A stretch of DNA of 64,000 nt, taken from NCBI GenBank assembly GCA_944321165.1, contig CALUKE010000007.1, forward strand, positions 3,961 to 67,960, given 5' to 3'. A program made the position numbers and the translations under genes. Below are positions 9,909 to 19,184 of this stretch, piece after piece (position 1 is the first letter of the stretch; each line of letters begins with the position of its first letter). This stretch comes from an uncultured Odoribacter sp. GTDB taxonomy: Bacteria > Bacteroidota > Bacteroidia > Bacteroidales > Marinifilaceae. Under the pieces are notes generated by a model that made no database searches, had not been told where the DNA came from, and worked only from the letters and a program-made list of their open reading frames with translations.

Positions 9909-10868
9909 ATGATTACGTTGACCCAACTGGAATATATCGTTGCGATCGATGAATATCGGCATTTTGCGACAGCTGCCGAGAAATGTTTTGTTACCCAACC
10001 GACGTTGAGCATGCAGATAAAAAAACTGGAAGACGAGTTGGGAGTTATCATATTCGATCGTTCAAGACAACCGGTTGTTCCAACCGATATCGGTTCAAAA
10101 CTGATAGAACAGGCAAGGATGACGCTCTCTGCTACGGAACGGATCAAGGAGATTATCAAAGAAGAGCAACAGGAGGTAGAAGGAACTTTGAAGATAGGGA
10201 TTATTCCGACTTTGGCTCCTTATTTGTTGCCTGTTTTTATAGGTCCTTATATCCGTAAATATCCTGCTGTTAAGGTAGAAATCGAAGAGTTGGTGTCGGA
10301 AGAAATTATTCGTCGCCTGAAACGGGATTTGTTGGATGTGGGGTTGTTTGTCACTCCCTATCGGGATGAGAGGATCATTGAAGTTCCTGTTTTTTATGAG
10401 GAAATGTTGGTTTATGCTCATCCGGAAAGTGAATTGTTGAAAAAAAAGGAGTTGACGCATCAGGATATTACGACTCCTGAAATCTGGATGCTTGGAAGTG
10501 GACACTGTTTTCGAAATCAGGTGTTGAATCTGTGTGAAATTTTTGAATTTCAGCATAATAAATTACCGTTTGAGTTTGAAAGTAACTCGTTGGAAACTTT
10601 GATGCGAATTGTGGATGTTGAAGGGGGATTTACTTTGATTCCGGAGTTGGCATTGCAATATATGGCACCGGAGAAGAAAAAACAGGTTCGTTCGTTGGAA
10701 GATATGAAGCCTTTGAGAGAGGTGAGTGTGATTTATTCCCGGCATTTTACGAAACGGCGTTTGATATCCTTGCTTTGTGAGGAAATCAAGTCTGTCGTAC
10801 CACCTCATATGTTGAAGCGGGATCGGGGAATGATTGTTGAGTGGAAGGCTTGTGAAAAGGTCGAGTGA
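9909..10868 (+). CDS. oxyR: LysR-family peroxide-sensing regulator OxyR
   Basis: LysR wHTH ([35 protein letters not shown]). [14 protein letters not shown] supplies the two redox cysteines at OxyR-like spacing (C199/C208 equivalents). Confidence 0.8.
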   Translation: MITLTQLEYIVAIDEYRHFATAAEKCFVTQPTLSMQIKKLEDELGVIIFDRSRQPVVPTDIGSKLIEQARMTLSATERIKEIIKEEQQEVEGTLKIGIIPTLAPYLLPVFIGPYIRKYPAVKVEIEELVSEEIIRRLKRDLLDVGLFVTPYRDERIIEVPVFYEEMLVYAHPESELLKKKELTHQDITTPEIWMLGSGHCFRNQVLNLCEIFEFQHNKLPFEFESNSLETLMRIVDVEGGFTLIPELALQYMAPEKKKQVRSLEDMKPLREVSVIYSRHFTKRRLISLLCEEIKSVVPPHMLKRDRGMIVEWKACEKVE

Positions 10869-10875
10869 TAAAATA

Positions 10876-11478
10876 ATGAAGATGGATTTAATCAGAAACA
10901 GTTTTTTAGAGGCTCAGCAGCTTTTGGAAATGTTTGTTTCAGAGGAAAACAATCTGAAACAGGTAAAGGCTGCCGGAGATTTGTTGGTTGATGCTTTTCG
11001 GCATGGCGGGAAAGTATTTAGTTGTGGAAATGGTGGATCTTTGTGTGATGCCATGCATTTTGCCGAGGAGCTTACCGGGCGTTTCCGTCAGGAAAGACCT
11101 GCTTTACCGGCAATAGCCATTGCAGATCCTTCTCATTTGACCTGTGTTTCGAATGACATGGGGTTTGATTTGGTGTTTTCAAAATATCTGGAAGCATTGG
11201 GAAAAGATGGGGATGTATTGCTGGCAATCAGTACTTCCGGCAATTCCTCCAATGTGCTGAATGCGATCGATACTGCCCGGAGTCTGGGAATGAAAGTCAT
11301 TGGGCTGACGGGTAAAACCGGTGGCGAAATGAAAAACCGTTGTGATGTTGCAATCGTAGTGCCTTGGCATAGATATTCCGATCGGATTCAGGAAATACAT
11401 ATTAAGATTATTCATATTTTGATTGAATATATTGAACAGGCTTTGTTCCAGAATCAACTGGAGACGGGCGATAAATAA
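10876..11478 (+). CDS. gmhA: D-sedoheptulose-7-phosphate isomerase (SIS domain)
   Basis: I use ATG 10876 (MKMDLIRN..), because the track start at 10834 overlaps oxy[18 protein letters not shown] and ISTSGNS motifs are present. Confidence 0.85.
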   Translation: MKMDLIRNSFLEAQQLLEMFVSEENNLKQVKAAGDLLVDAFRHGGKVFSCGNGGSLCDAMHFAEELTGRFRQERPALPAIAIADPSHLTCVSNDMGFDLVFSKYLEALGKDGDVLLAISTSGNSSNVLNAIDTARSLGMKVIGLTGKTGGEMKNRCDVAIVVPWHRYSDRIQEIHIKIIHILIEYIEQALFQNQLETGDK

Positions 11479-11501
11479 GATAAATAAATACGATAGTAGT
11501 T

Positions 11502-12179
11502 ATGGGAAATAAAATTAATGATCCGATAGCCCGTTTGATGGGGTTGCGATATAAGTCCCATCCCTGGCATGGTTTGGAAGTGGGCGATGATGCTCCGAAA
11601 GTAGTGACTGCCTTTATCGAAATGGTTCCGACAGATACCGTAAAGTATGAGTTGGATAAAGTGAGCGGTTATATTAAAATCGATCGTCCGCAGAAATATT
11701 CGAATGTCGTTCCAGCTTTGTATGGATTTATTCCTCAAAGTTATTGTGGCGGGTTGGTGGCTGAATATGCCATGCAGCAGACACAGCGCAATGATATTCA
11801 GGGGGATGGGGACCCGTTGGATATTTGTGTGCTGACGGAAAAGACCATTGCTCATGGAGATATTATTGCTCGTGTACGTCCGATCGGAGGTTTCCGGATG
11901 CTGGACGGACAGGAAGCGGATGATAAGATTATTGCGGTGTTGAAACACGATGCCACTTATAATATTTATAACGATATTTCTGAATTGCCGCATATTGTAG
12001 TAGATCGTTTGAAACATTATTTTTTGACTTATAAGGACATGCCGGGAGAAGAAGGACAGCGGAAGGTGGAAATTACTGATGTGTATGGACAGGAGGAGGC
12101 GTATGAGGTGATCCGCCGTTCGCTGGAAGACTATAAAAATCATTTTGAAGGTCTGGAAGATATATTGAGCCGGGTGTAA
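11502..12179 (+). CDS. ppa: Inorganic diphosphatase (family I)
   Basis: 225 aa. E..P......KYE.DK, the DGDPLDICVL metal-binding motif and D.KIIAV are present. Confidence 0.85.
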   Translation: MGNKINDPIARLMGLRYKSHPWHGLEVGDDAPKVVTAFIEMVPTDTVKYELDKVSGYIKIDRPQKYSNVVPALYGFIPQSYCGGLVAEYAMQQTQRNDIQGDGDPLDICVLTEKTIAHGDIIARVRPIGGFRMLDGQEADDKIIAVLKHDATYNIYNDISELPHIVVDRLKHYFLTYKDMPGEEGQRKVEITDVYGQEEAYEVIRRSLEDYKNHFEGLEDILSRV

Positions 12180-12190
12180 GGTAATGCTTT

Positions 12191-13723
12191 TTAAAGTCCC
12201 CAGGAATCACGATCCAGACTCCGGTATTGAATCGCTTCTGCGATATGGGATGGAAGGATGTGGGGCTCATCGGCCAGGTCGGCGATGGTGCGGGACAGTT
12301 TGATGATTCGGTCGTAAGCGCGTGCTGACAGACCGAATTTTTGCATGGCCATTTTAAGAAGATTCAGACACTGTCGATCGAGGGGACAGAAGCGTTTGAT
12401 GAGGGCGGGGTGCATTTGTGCATTGCAATGGATACCGGGGAAATTTTTGAACCGTTCTGTTTGTATTTGTCGGGCTGCGATTACGCGTTTACGGATGGCC
12501 GAACTGGATTCGGCCTCTTGTTTGCCTGTGATCTTTTCCAATTCAACCGGTACGACCTCAATGTGCATATCGATACGGTCGAGTAGCGGACCGGAAATTT
12601 TGGAAAGATAGCGTTGAATGGCCCCGCCCGAACAGGTACACTCTTTGGTCGGATGGTTATAATAACCGCAGGGGCACGGATTCATCGAGGCAATCAGCAT
12701 GAAATTTGCCGGATAGTCGACGCTGTAGTGAGCCCGGCTGATCGTAATTTTTCGGTCTTCCAGCGGTTGTCTCATGACTTCCAGTACGTTGCGCTGGAAT
12801 TCTGTCAATTCGTCCAAAAAAAGTACTCCGTTGGTCGCTAATGAAATTTCTCCCGGCCGGGGGATGTTGCCTCCTCCGATCAGGGCAATTGGAGAGATGG
12901 TATGATGAGGGGAACGAAAAGGACGGGTAGTAATCAGCGAACAATTGCGCGATAATTTGCCGGCTACGGAATGAATCTTGGTAGTTTCGAGTGATTCCTC
13001 TACGGTCATAGGCGGTAGAATGCCCGGCAGCCGGCGAGCCAGCATGGTTTTTCCGGAACCGGGAGCTCCGACCATCAGCAAATTGTGAGCACCAGCAGCA
13101 GCGATCTCCAATGCTCGTTTAACGTTTTCCTGTCCTTTTACATCTTTGAAATCATAATACGGATCGTTGGGATCTGTCGACTGGGAAGGGTCGAAAATGA
13201 AGGGCTGTGATTTGCATTTGCCGCTTAAAAAGTCGACGACTTCCCGGATATGTGAGAATCCATATACCTGTATTCCTTCTACGATCGCGGCTTCATTGGC
13301 ATTTTCCAAAGGAACGATGATATTTTTAAATCCTTCCGACCGGGCATTGATGGCGATGGGAAGAACTCCTTTCACGGCGACCAGACTGCCGTCCAGAGAA
13401 AGTTCTCCCAATAACAGATAATTTCCCAACTCTTCTGATGGGAGTTGCTCATTGGCGGCCAGTATGCCGATTCCCAACGGAAGGTCGTAGGCTGAGCCTT
13501 CTTTTTTTACATCGGCCGGAGCCATGTTGATGATGATACGTTTTCCCGGAATGCGGCTGCCGATTTCTCGCAACGCAGAATCGATCCGTTGCTGGCTTTC
13601 CTTGACCGCATTGTCCGGTAAGCCCACGATGATAAATTTCGCACCGTTCAGGATGTTTACTTCCAGAGTGATCGTAGTTGCTTCGATACCATTGACCGCA
13701 CCGCTGAAAATCTTGACTAACAT
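12191..13723 (-). CDS. comM: YifB/ComM-family Mg-chelatase-like AAA+ ATPase
   Basis: 510 aa. It has an N-terminal Lon-like domain, Walker A GAPGSGKT, GVLFLDEL, an MCM-like core and a C-terminal HTH. Confidence 0.9.
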   Translation of the reverse strand: MLVKIFSGAVNGIEATTITLEVNILNGAKFIIVGLPDNAVKESQQRIDSALREIGSRIPGKRIIINMAPADVKKEGSAYDLPLGIGILAANEQLPSEELGNYLLLGELSLDGSLVAVKGVLPIAINARSEGFKNIIVPLENANEAAIVEGIQVYGFSHIREVVDFLSGKCKSQPFIFDPSQSTDPNDPYYDFKDVKGQENVKRALEIAAAGAHNLLMVGAPGSGKTMLARRLPGILPPMTVEESLETTKIHSVAGKLSRNCSLITTRPFRSPHHTISPIALIGGGNIPRPGEISLATNGVLFLDELTEFQRNVLEVMRQPLEDRKITISRAHYSVDYPANFMLIASMNPCPCGYYNHPTKECTCSGGAIQRYLSKISGPLLDRIDMHIEVVPVELEKITGKQEAESSSAIRKRVIAARQIQTERFKNFPGIHCNAQMHPALIKRFCPLDRQCLNLLKMAMQKFGLSARAYDRIIKLSRTIADLADEPHILPSHIAEAIQYRSLDRDSWGL

Positions 13724-13790
13724 GGCATGCAGGTTTGTGATTCGAAAGAGTAAGTTAAGAAAATTTTACAAATAATCAAAACGGGTTACC

Positions 13791-14594
13791 TTATTTTTTC
13801 TTGACGAATTCCAAGGAGGTTGTCTGGCCGTCGAATACTGCATAACTGTAGTAGCTGATCCAGTCTCCGGTGTTGATATAACGACTGGAAGGGGATAAGG
13901 TGAAATCAATGGGCAGGTGGCGATGTCCGAAGATGAAATAGTCGAAAGACTGCTTTTTTATGACTGTTTGGCAAAAGCGTATGATTTCTTCCTGTTCGGC
14001 TCCCCGGAAATCGTCGGCTTCAATTTTACCATTACCCAAGCGGGAGTGGGAAGACCATTTTTGTGCAATCCAGATACCGATGTCTGGGTGTAACCAGCGA
14101 AAGCAACGTTGGAGAAAATGGTTGTGGAAAATACGGTACAGAAATAGATACCCCCGGTCGTGCGGGTTTAAGGCGTCTCCATGACCGATGAGGAAGCGTT
14201 TCCCGCAAATATTGAAAATTTCATTGTGAGTATGTAAGATCACTCCGCATTCGTTCGGAAGATAATCGAATGCCCATATATCGTGATTCCCGGTAAAAAA
14301 ATGTACCGGAATCCCGTGGTCTGTGAAATCGCATAATTTGGCGAGGAAACGGACATATCCCTTGGGGACGGAACGTTTGTACTCAAACCAGAAATCGAAA
14401 ATGTCTCCTAACAGGAAGAGAACTCCACAGTCGGGGCGGATGGAGTCGAGCCATTGAACTAGGAATTGTTCCCGTTCCCGCTCGTGTTTCAATACCGGAG
14501 CCCCTAAATGGATATCGGAAATGAAATAAATTTTTTTCCCTTCCGTCAGAGGAAGTATGTTTTCTGTTTCGGGAATACGTTCATTTCTCTTCAT
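13791..14594 (-). CDS. lpxH: UDP-2,3-diacylglucosamine diphosphatase
   Basis: Calcineurin-like metallophosphoesterase motifs (ISDIHLG, LLGDIFDFW, GNHD, GHGD, GHRH) in LpxH order. Confidence 0.8.
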   Translation of the reverse strand: MKRNERIPETENILPLTEGKKIYFISDIHLGAPVLKHEREREQFLVQWLDSIRPDCGVLFLLGDIFDFWFEYKRSVPKGYVRFLAKLCDFTDHGIPVHFFTGNHDIWAFDYLPNECGVILHTHNEIFNICGKRFLIGHGDALNPHDRGYLFLYRIFHNHFLQRCFRWLHPDIGIWIAQKWSSHSRLGNGKIEADDFRGAEQEEIIRFCQTVIKKQSFDYFIFGHRHLPIDFTLSPSSRYINTGDWISYYSYAVFDGQTTSLEFVKKK

Positions 14595-14628
14595 CGTTGT
14601 GATTTCCTTTATACCGACAGCGGCCGGA

Positions 14629-15786
14629 TTATTTCAGCAGATCCTTCAGTCGGTCTTCCAGGCGTTGTCCTGATAGATTCTTGCCTACAATTTCAAATTT
14701 GGGATTGATGATATAATTGGCCGGTATGGTCTGAATGTTCCATGCCTGGGCTGCCCGGCTTTTTAGGCCTTCAGAATCCCATACGCAAATCCAGTCCAAA
14801 TTCAATTGTTTGATAAGGTTTTGCCAAGCAAGTTTGTTTTGATCCAGACAAACTTGATAAATCAAAAATCCGTTGTGCTTGAACTTGTTGTATACTGATT
14901 TTAGTTCTTGTGCATAAGCAACTCCTTCTTTGGTATTAAGAACCGTGAAATCCAGTAAAATATATTTTCCTTTCAATGAATTCAGGGAAATCGTATCTCC
15001 TTGGGCATTGGGAAGATTGATTTCCGGTAGTGCATTTTCGCTGTTATCGATTAGCTGTTTGATTTTCAGATTTTGAATTGCTTTGTTAATCTGGTCCAGG
15101 TGTTTTAAAATGGCTTTGGTATATTGAGATTCCGGGTACATGGCTTTGAGGGAAGAGGCAACGACTTTGTACGAATGTAGATCATTCTCCGGGGTGAGGA
15201 TGAAATTGTCCTGATCAAATTTTTGGTACAGTGCATAGTAGGAGGCCGGAGATACGGCGTGTTTCAGGATAAAGTCCTTGGAAAAATTGATCTGTTTGTT
15301 GATGATGGAATCCCAGGCAGCTGCGACTTGTTGGCGTTCCTGTGTCGCTTCGACTGGCAAGGCTGAGAAAGTTTTTTTCAGAGAATCCATCGCAACTTGT
15401 GTATGGTTTAATTGGAAGTTCAATAATTTGATCCAAAGCGAATGTTCGGAACCGTCTACCCAGTAGTTCTGGGAAAGACCGTTTAAGCTTCCGCTCAATT
15501 CGATGTGATCTTCCGGTTCGGCAATGAAAGTAACGAATTCTTTCGGTCCGATCTTGATATTATAAAAAGTCGGTAAAGTGACAGCTGTCTTGAAAGAAAA
15601 GTGTCCATTCCGATCGGTTTGGGTAGAATCGATGATAATGGCATTGTCAACATTCACTTGCTCGAGGTATACTTTTTGGTTGGCGGCTTCTTTGATTTCT
15701 CCCGTTATTTTAACATTATTTTTGTTTGTACAGGCTGTCAGTGCACATAATACGAATAGCGGAGTCCATATATTTTTTCTTATCAT
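14629..15786 (-). CDS. Lipoprotein with DUF4369-like N-domain and a TlpA/thioredoxin-like C-domain lacking CxxC
   Basis: Lipobox LCALTAC. The C-terminal region aligns by eye to the TlpA/ResA fold (KGKYILLDF....., P.NYIINP...IVGKNL), but NTKEG replaces WCxxC. Confidence 0.7.
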   Translation of the reverse strand: MIRKNIWTPLFVLCALTACTNKNNVKITGEIKEAANQKVYLEQVNVDNAIIIDSTQTDRNGHFSFKTAVTLPTFYNIKIGPKEFVTFIAEPEDHIELSGSLNGLSQNYWVDGSEHSLWIKLLNFQLNHTQVAMDSLKKTFSALPVEATQERQQVAAAWDSIINKQINFSKDFILKHAVSPASYYALYQKFDQDNFILTPENDLHSYKVVASSLKAMYPESQYTKAILKHLDQINKAIQNLKIKQLIDNSENALPEINLPNAQGDTISLNSLKGKYILLDFTVLNTKEGVAYAQELKSVYNKFKHNGFLIYQVCLDQNKLAWQNLIKQLNLDWICVWDSEGLKSRAAQAWNIQTIPANYIINPKFEIVGKNLSGQRLEDRLKDLLK

Positions 15787-15933
15787 AGTGTATAAGGTTA
15801 GTTTTTATTAGATTTTGACCGTACGAAAATACAATTTTTTTAGACTTTGACAAAGTGAATCGTTTAGTTAAAATTCTGTCAAGAAACTTCCCGAACGGTG
15901 GGGTTTGGATAGAAAAGAATATATTTGCAAACG

Positions 15934-16362
15934 ATGTTGAAAATTGGGAAACAAATATTGCATTGGACGGTGCTGGTGATTACCGGAATAGCTCTGATCG
16001 GAGTGAATGTAACACAGTCGTGTTGTGTTCATGCCAATCAGGTGCATTGGACGGTGAAGGTGCTGCCGACAGCGGATGTCTGTCCCTGTGAAGAGGAATG
16101 TACGTGTTGTTGTGCCGGGAAATGGTATTGTGCAGATGGATGTCATACGGAAAAGCGACATGCCTATTACAAGATTACGGATTCGTCCATCGTAGAGCGT
16201 TGTGTTCAGATGGAGTTGAAAATAGATTGTTTGCCAGAATTCAATGTTACTGGACGGTTGGTTTTGCCTCTTTGGGAAAGACAACCCGATTGTGAAACTG
16301 CTGTCTGGAAAATTCCGGAAATTCCGCCTTCTCCGGCGTGGCTTTGTACCTTCCTTTGTTGA
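15934..16362 (+). CDS. Hypothetical Cys-rich secreted/membrane-anchored protein (142 aa, 15 Cys)
   Basis: The first ATG in the track ORF (which starts at TTG 15925) is 15934. It has an N-terminal hydrophobic helix (ILHWTVLVITGIALIGV) followed by the clusters SCC, CPCEEECTCCC and YCADGC. Codon positions look coding-like, but several other frames here are also open, so coding status is uncertain. Confidence 0.4.
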   Translation: MLKIGKQILHWTVLVITGIALIGVNVTQSCCVHANQVHWTVKVLPTADVCPCEEECTCCCAGKWYCADGCHTEKRHAYYKITDSSIVERCVQMELKIDCLPEFNVTGRLVLPLWERQPDCETAVWKIPEIPPSPAWLCTFLC

Positions 16363-16388
16363 TTTACTGTCGATTGGTGTGGAAGTGA

Positions 16389-16427
16389 TTACCTGTCTTT
16401 TTCAGGTAAGGAGTTTTTGTTTTTTTA
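16389..16427 (+). terminator. Hairpin plus T-tract immediately upstream of the TonB-receptor gene (terminator or attenuator candidate)
   Basis: TTACCTG/CAGGTAA 7 bp stem (16389-16409), a 4 nt spacer, then TTTTTGTTTTTTT (16414-16426). Only about 26 nt remain before ATG 16453. Confidence 0.4.
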
Positions 16428-16452
16428 TTGAAAATGAACTAATCGATTAGGA

Positions 16453-18726
16453 ATGAAATTTTTAAGTATTGTAATCCTGTTGTTCGTTTCAGGGGGAATG
16501 TATGCACAGGATATCAGGGGGCGTGTTGTTGAAATTGAAAACGGCAAGAAAATCGGTTTACCGGGAGCCAATGTCTATTGGTCGGGGACGACGGAGGGAG
16601 GAGTGACGGATGCCGATGGCTGTTTTAAAATAAAATGGAATAAATCGGGACGTCTGGTTGCCAGTTTTATCGGTTATAGACCGGATACCGTATGGGTTGC
16701 TTATATGGATAAGCAGGTAGAAATCGAGCTGTTGTCTGGAGAAATGCTGGATGAAGTAGAAGTGTTGACTCGAGGCAATACGACGATCATGAGTACCCGT
16801 GGACCTTTGATTGAGCAGGTGATTACGGGGGAGGAGTTGTGTAAGGCAGCCTGTTGCAATTTGGGAGAAAGTTTTACGACCAATGCTTCGGTGGATGTGG
16901 CATATGCCGATGCCGTGACTGGAGCCAAACAAATTCAATTACTGGGTCTGACCGGAAAGTATGTGCAGATGATGACAGAAAATATGCCAAATTTCCGGGG
17001 AATTTCAGCTTTGTATGGCTTGAATTATGTTCCCGGACCTTGGATGAGCGCCATTTCGGTTTCGAAAGGTGCCGGTTCGGTGATTAATGGTTATGAGGCC
17101 ATTGCCGGTCAAATCAGTGTCGATTACAAGAAGCCGACGACAAGTGAAAAGATTTTTTTCAATCTCTACGGGAATAGTGAGGGAATGGTAGAATTTAATA
17201 TGAATACCGGTATTCGTTTGAATGATAAATGGAGTACTGCGCTACTGGCTCATGGAGATTGGCTGAAGGAAGCCCATGATGGAAATCGGGATGGTTTCCT
17301 GGATATGCCCAAAACGACCCAATACAATTTGATGAATCGTTGGCAATACAAGACAGAGGCCTGGTTTTTACAGTTTGGCGGCAAATGTTTGGATGAGTCG
17401 CGTTTGGGCGGGCAGAAGGGATTTCAGAAAGAAATGCGAAATCAGTATGGAGGAGAGGCCTTGTATGGAATCGGTATCGATTCCCGTCGTTATGAAGGTT
17501 TTCTGAAACTGGGATATTTGATGCCTCAATATGAGAATACCAGTATGGCTCTTTTGGTGAATTATACCGATCACGATCTTGATTCCTATTATGGTGCTCG
17601 GGATTATAATGCTCGTCAACGGACCTTGTTTGCCAATTATATTTTTCAGTCGATTTTCGGGAATAATGAAAATCAGAAATATTCGGCCGGAGTAACCTTT
17701 AATTTTGATCGTTATGATGAATCGTTCAATGATTATTGGCCGACACTGGGACAGAAGACGGAAACCGTCAATTTCGATCGAGAAGAAAGAGTCGGCGGGG
17801 CTTTCTTTCAGTATACCGGTTCGTTTTGGGAGAAATTTACGCTGATGGCCGGTTTACGGTATGATTATCACAATATTTTCGGAGGTTTTTTTACACCTCG
17901 TTTGCATCTGGCCTATGCTCCGGACGATTTTACCATGTTGAAACTGTCTGCTGGGCGAGGAGCCCGTGTTGCCAATATCTTGGCGGATAACGGTTATTTG
18001 TTGGCTTCTTCTCGACTTGTTTATGTCAATGATAAGTTATTGGTCGACCATCCGGAAGAACTAGAACGTTTGAATATGGAAAAAGCCTGGAATTTTGGTG
18101 TTCAACTGAATCGGAAGTTTTTGATTTTTGACAGGATGCTGAACATAAACCTGGATTATTATCGGACGGATTTTTCCAGTCAGGTGATTGTGGATAATGA
18201 AACGCAAGCCGGGAAGGTTCATTTTTATAATCTCGATGGAGAGTCTTATTCCAATTGTTATCAGGTAGAGGCAAAATATGAATTGATTCCCCGTTTGGAT
18301 GTATTGGGTGCTTTTCGTTACAATGATGTAAAGATCACGATGGGGGATCGCTTGCTGAGGGCTCCGTTACAGAGCAGATACAAGGGATTGTTGAATTTGT
18401 CTTATTATACCAATATGAAAAAGTGGCAATTCGATTTTACTACTCAGTTTAACGGTTCCGGACGTATTCCCGTATCTCCGGATGAAAGTGGAAGTGTGGC
18501 AGAACATTTTGATTCGTTTCGGATTATGAATGCCCAGATCTCCAAGTTTTTCCGTAAATGGAGTATTTATGCCGGCTGTGAGAATATCGGAGATTTCACG
18601 CAAAAACATCCGATTCTTGCTTCCGATCAACCGTGGGGACCGGCTTTCGATGCCTCGAAAATCTGGGGTCCGGTGCATGGCAGGAAATTTTATATCGGTT
18701 TGCGATTCGGATTAGACAGAGAATGA
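16453..18726 (+). CDS. TonB-dependent receptor with CarboxypepD_reg N-terminal domain
   Basis: 757 aa with a signal peptide, IRGRVV....G.PGANV...G...GVTDADG, a plug region (KAACCNLGESFTTNASVDV..DAVTGAKQIQLLGL) and a beta-barrel ending in a conserved aromatic-rich C-terminus. Confidence 0.9.
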   Translation: MKFLSIVILLFVSGGMYAQDIRGRVVEIENGKKIGLPGANVYWSGTTEGGVTDADGCFKIKWNKSGRLVASFIGYRPDTVWVAYMDKQVEIELLSGEMLDEVEVLTRGNTTIMSTRGPLIEQVITGEELCKAACCNLGESFTTNASVDVAYADAVTGAKQIQLLGLTGKYVQMMTENMPNFRGISALYGLNYVPGPWMSAISVSKGAGSVINGYEAIAGQISVDYKKPTTSEKIFFNLYGNSEGMVEFNMNTGIRLNDKWSTALLAHGDWLKEAHDGNRDGFLDMPKTTQYNLMNRWQYKTEAWFLQFGGKCLDESRLGGQKGFQKEMRNQYGGEALYGIGIDSRRYEGFLKLGYLMPQYENTSMALLVNYTDHDLDSYYGARDYNARQRTLFANYIFQSIFGNNENQKYSAGVTFNFDRYDESFNDYWPTLGQKTETVNFDREERVGGAFFQYTGSFWEKFTLMAGLRYDYHNIFGGFFTPRLHLAYAPDDFTMLKLSAGRGARVANILADNGYLLASSRLVYVNDKLLVDHPEELERLNMEKAWNFGVQLNRKFLIFDRMLNINLDYYRTDFSSQVIVDNETQAGKVHFYNLDGESYSNCYQVEAKYELIPRLDVLGAFRYNDVKITMGDRLLRAPLQSRYKGLLNLSYYTNMKKWQFDFTTQFNGSGRIPVSPDESGSVAEHFDSFRIMNAQISKFFRKWSIYAGCENIGDFTQKHPILASDQPWGPAFDASKIWGPVHGRKFYIGLRFGLDRE

Positions 18727-18754
18727 TTGAATTTTAAATGAATAAAAAAGAAAA

Positions 18755-19099
18755 ATGATGAAAACAGTTCGATTGATTTTTATGATGGCGGTGATGTTGA
18801 TGTTTGCATTGAATGTAAACGCTGAAAAGAAAAACGAAAAAACCGTTGTTTTCAATGCAAATTTGCATTGTGCATCCTGCAAGGCAAAAATTGAAAAGAA
18901 TATTCCTTTTGAAAAAGGGGTAAAAGATCTGAAAATTGATATGGAAAAACAAACCATTACGGTAACTTTCCGGGAAGACAAGAATAATGTGGAAAATCTT
19001 CAGAAAGCCATTGAAAAACTGAATGTTCAGGTGATTTCCTTTAAAACGGCAGAAAAGGACGGGAAAGGTGCTGGAGGACAGCAATTGAAAAAACGATAG
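18755..19099 (+). CDS. Exported heavy-metal-associated (HMA) domain protein
   Basis: 114 aa with a signal peptide, a CASC (CxxC) metal-binding motif and a ferredoxin-like HMA pattern (..V.GV..L.ID.E.QTITV.F). Confidence 0.85.
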   Translation: MMKTVRLIFMMAVMLMFALNVNAEKKNEKTVVFNANLHCASCKAKIEKNIPFEKGVKDLKIDMEKQTITVTFREDKNNVENLQKAIEKLNVQVISFKTAEKDGKGAGGQQLKKR

Positions 19100-19139
19100 C
19101 CGGACTACGTTATCGTTATAGCGGGATGGAGTAAAAAAT

Positions 19140-19180
19140 ATACCGGTTTGCGAAGTATGGATATACCTGCAAACCGGTAT
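19140..19180. terminator. Bidirectional terminator hairpin between convergent genes
   Basis: 12 bp perfect stem ATACCGGTTTGC/GCAAACCGGTAT, flanked by an A-run upstream and GTTTTT downstream. Confidence 0.6.
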
Positions 19181-19184
19181 GTTT

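Noticed and set aside
15840-16452. Possible cobalamin or other riboswitch in the long region upstream of the TonB receptor (GGGAA and GGTG blocks noticed).
   Set aside because: There is no B12 box (GCCACTG / AGNCAGGAGACCTGCC-like) and no ordered riboswitch core. The region is better explained by a 142-codon Cys-rich ORF. Only the terminal hairpin is kept as a finding.
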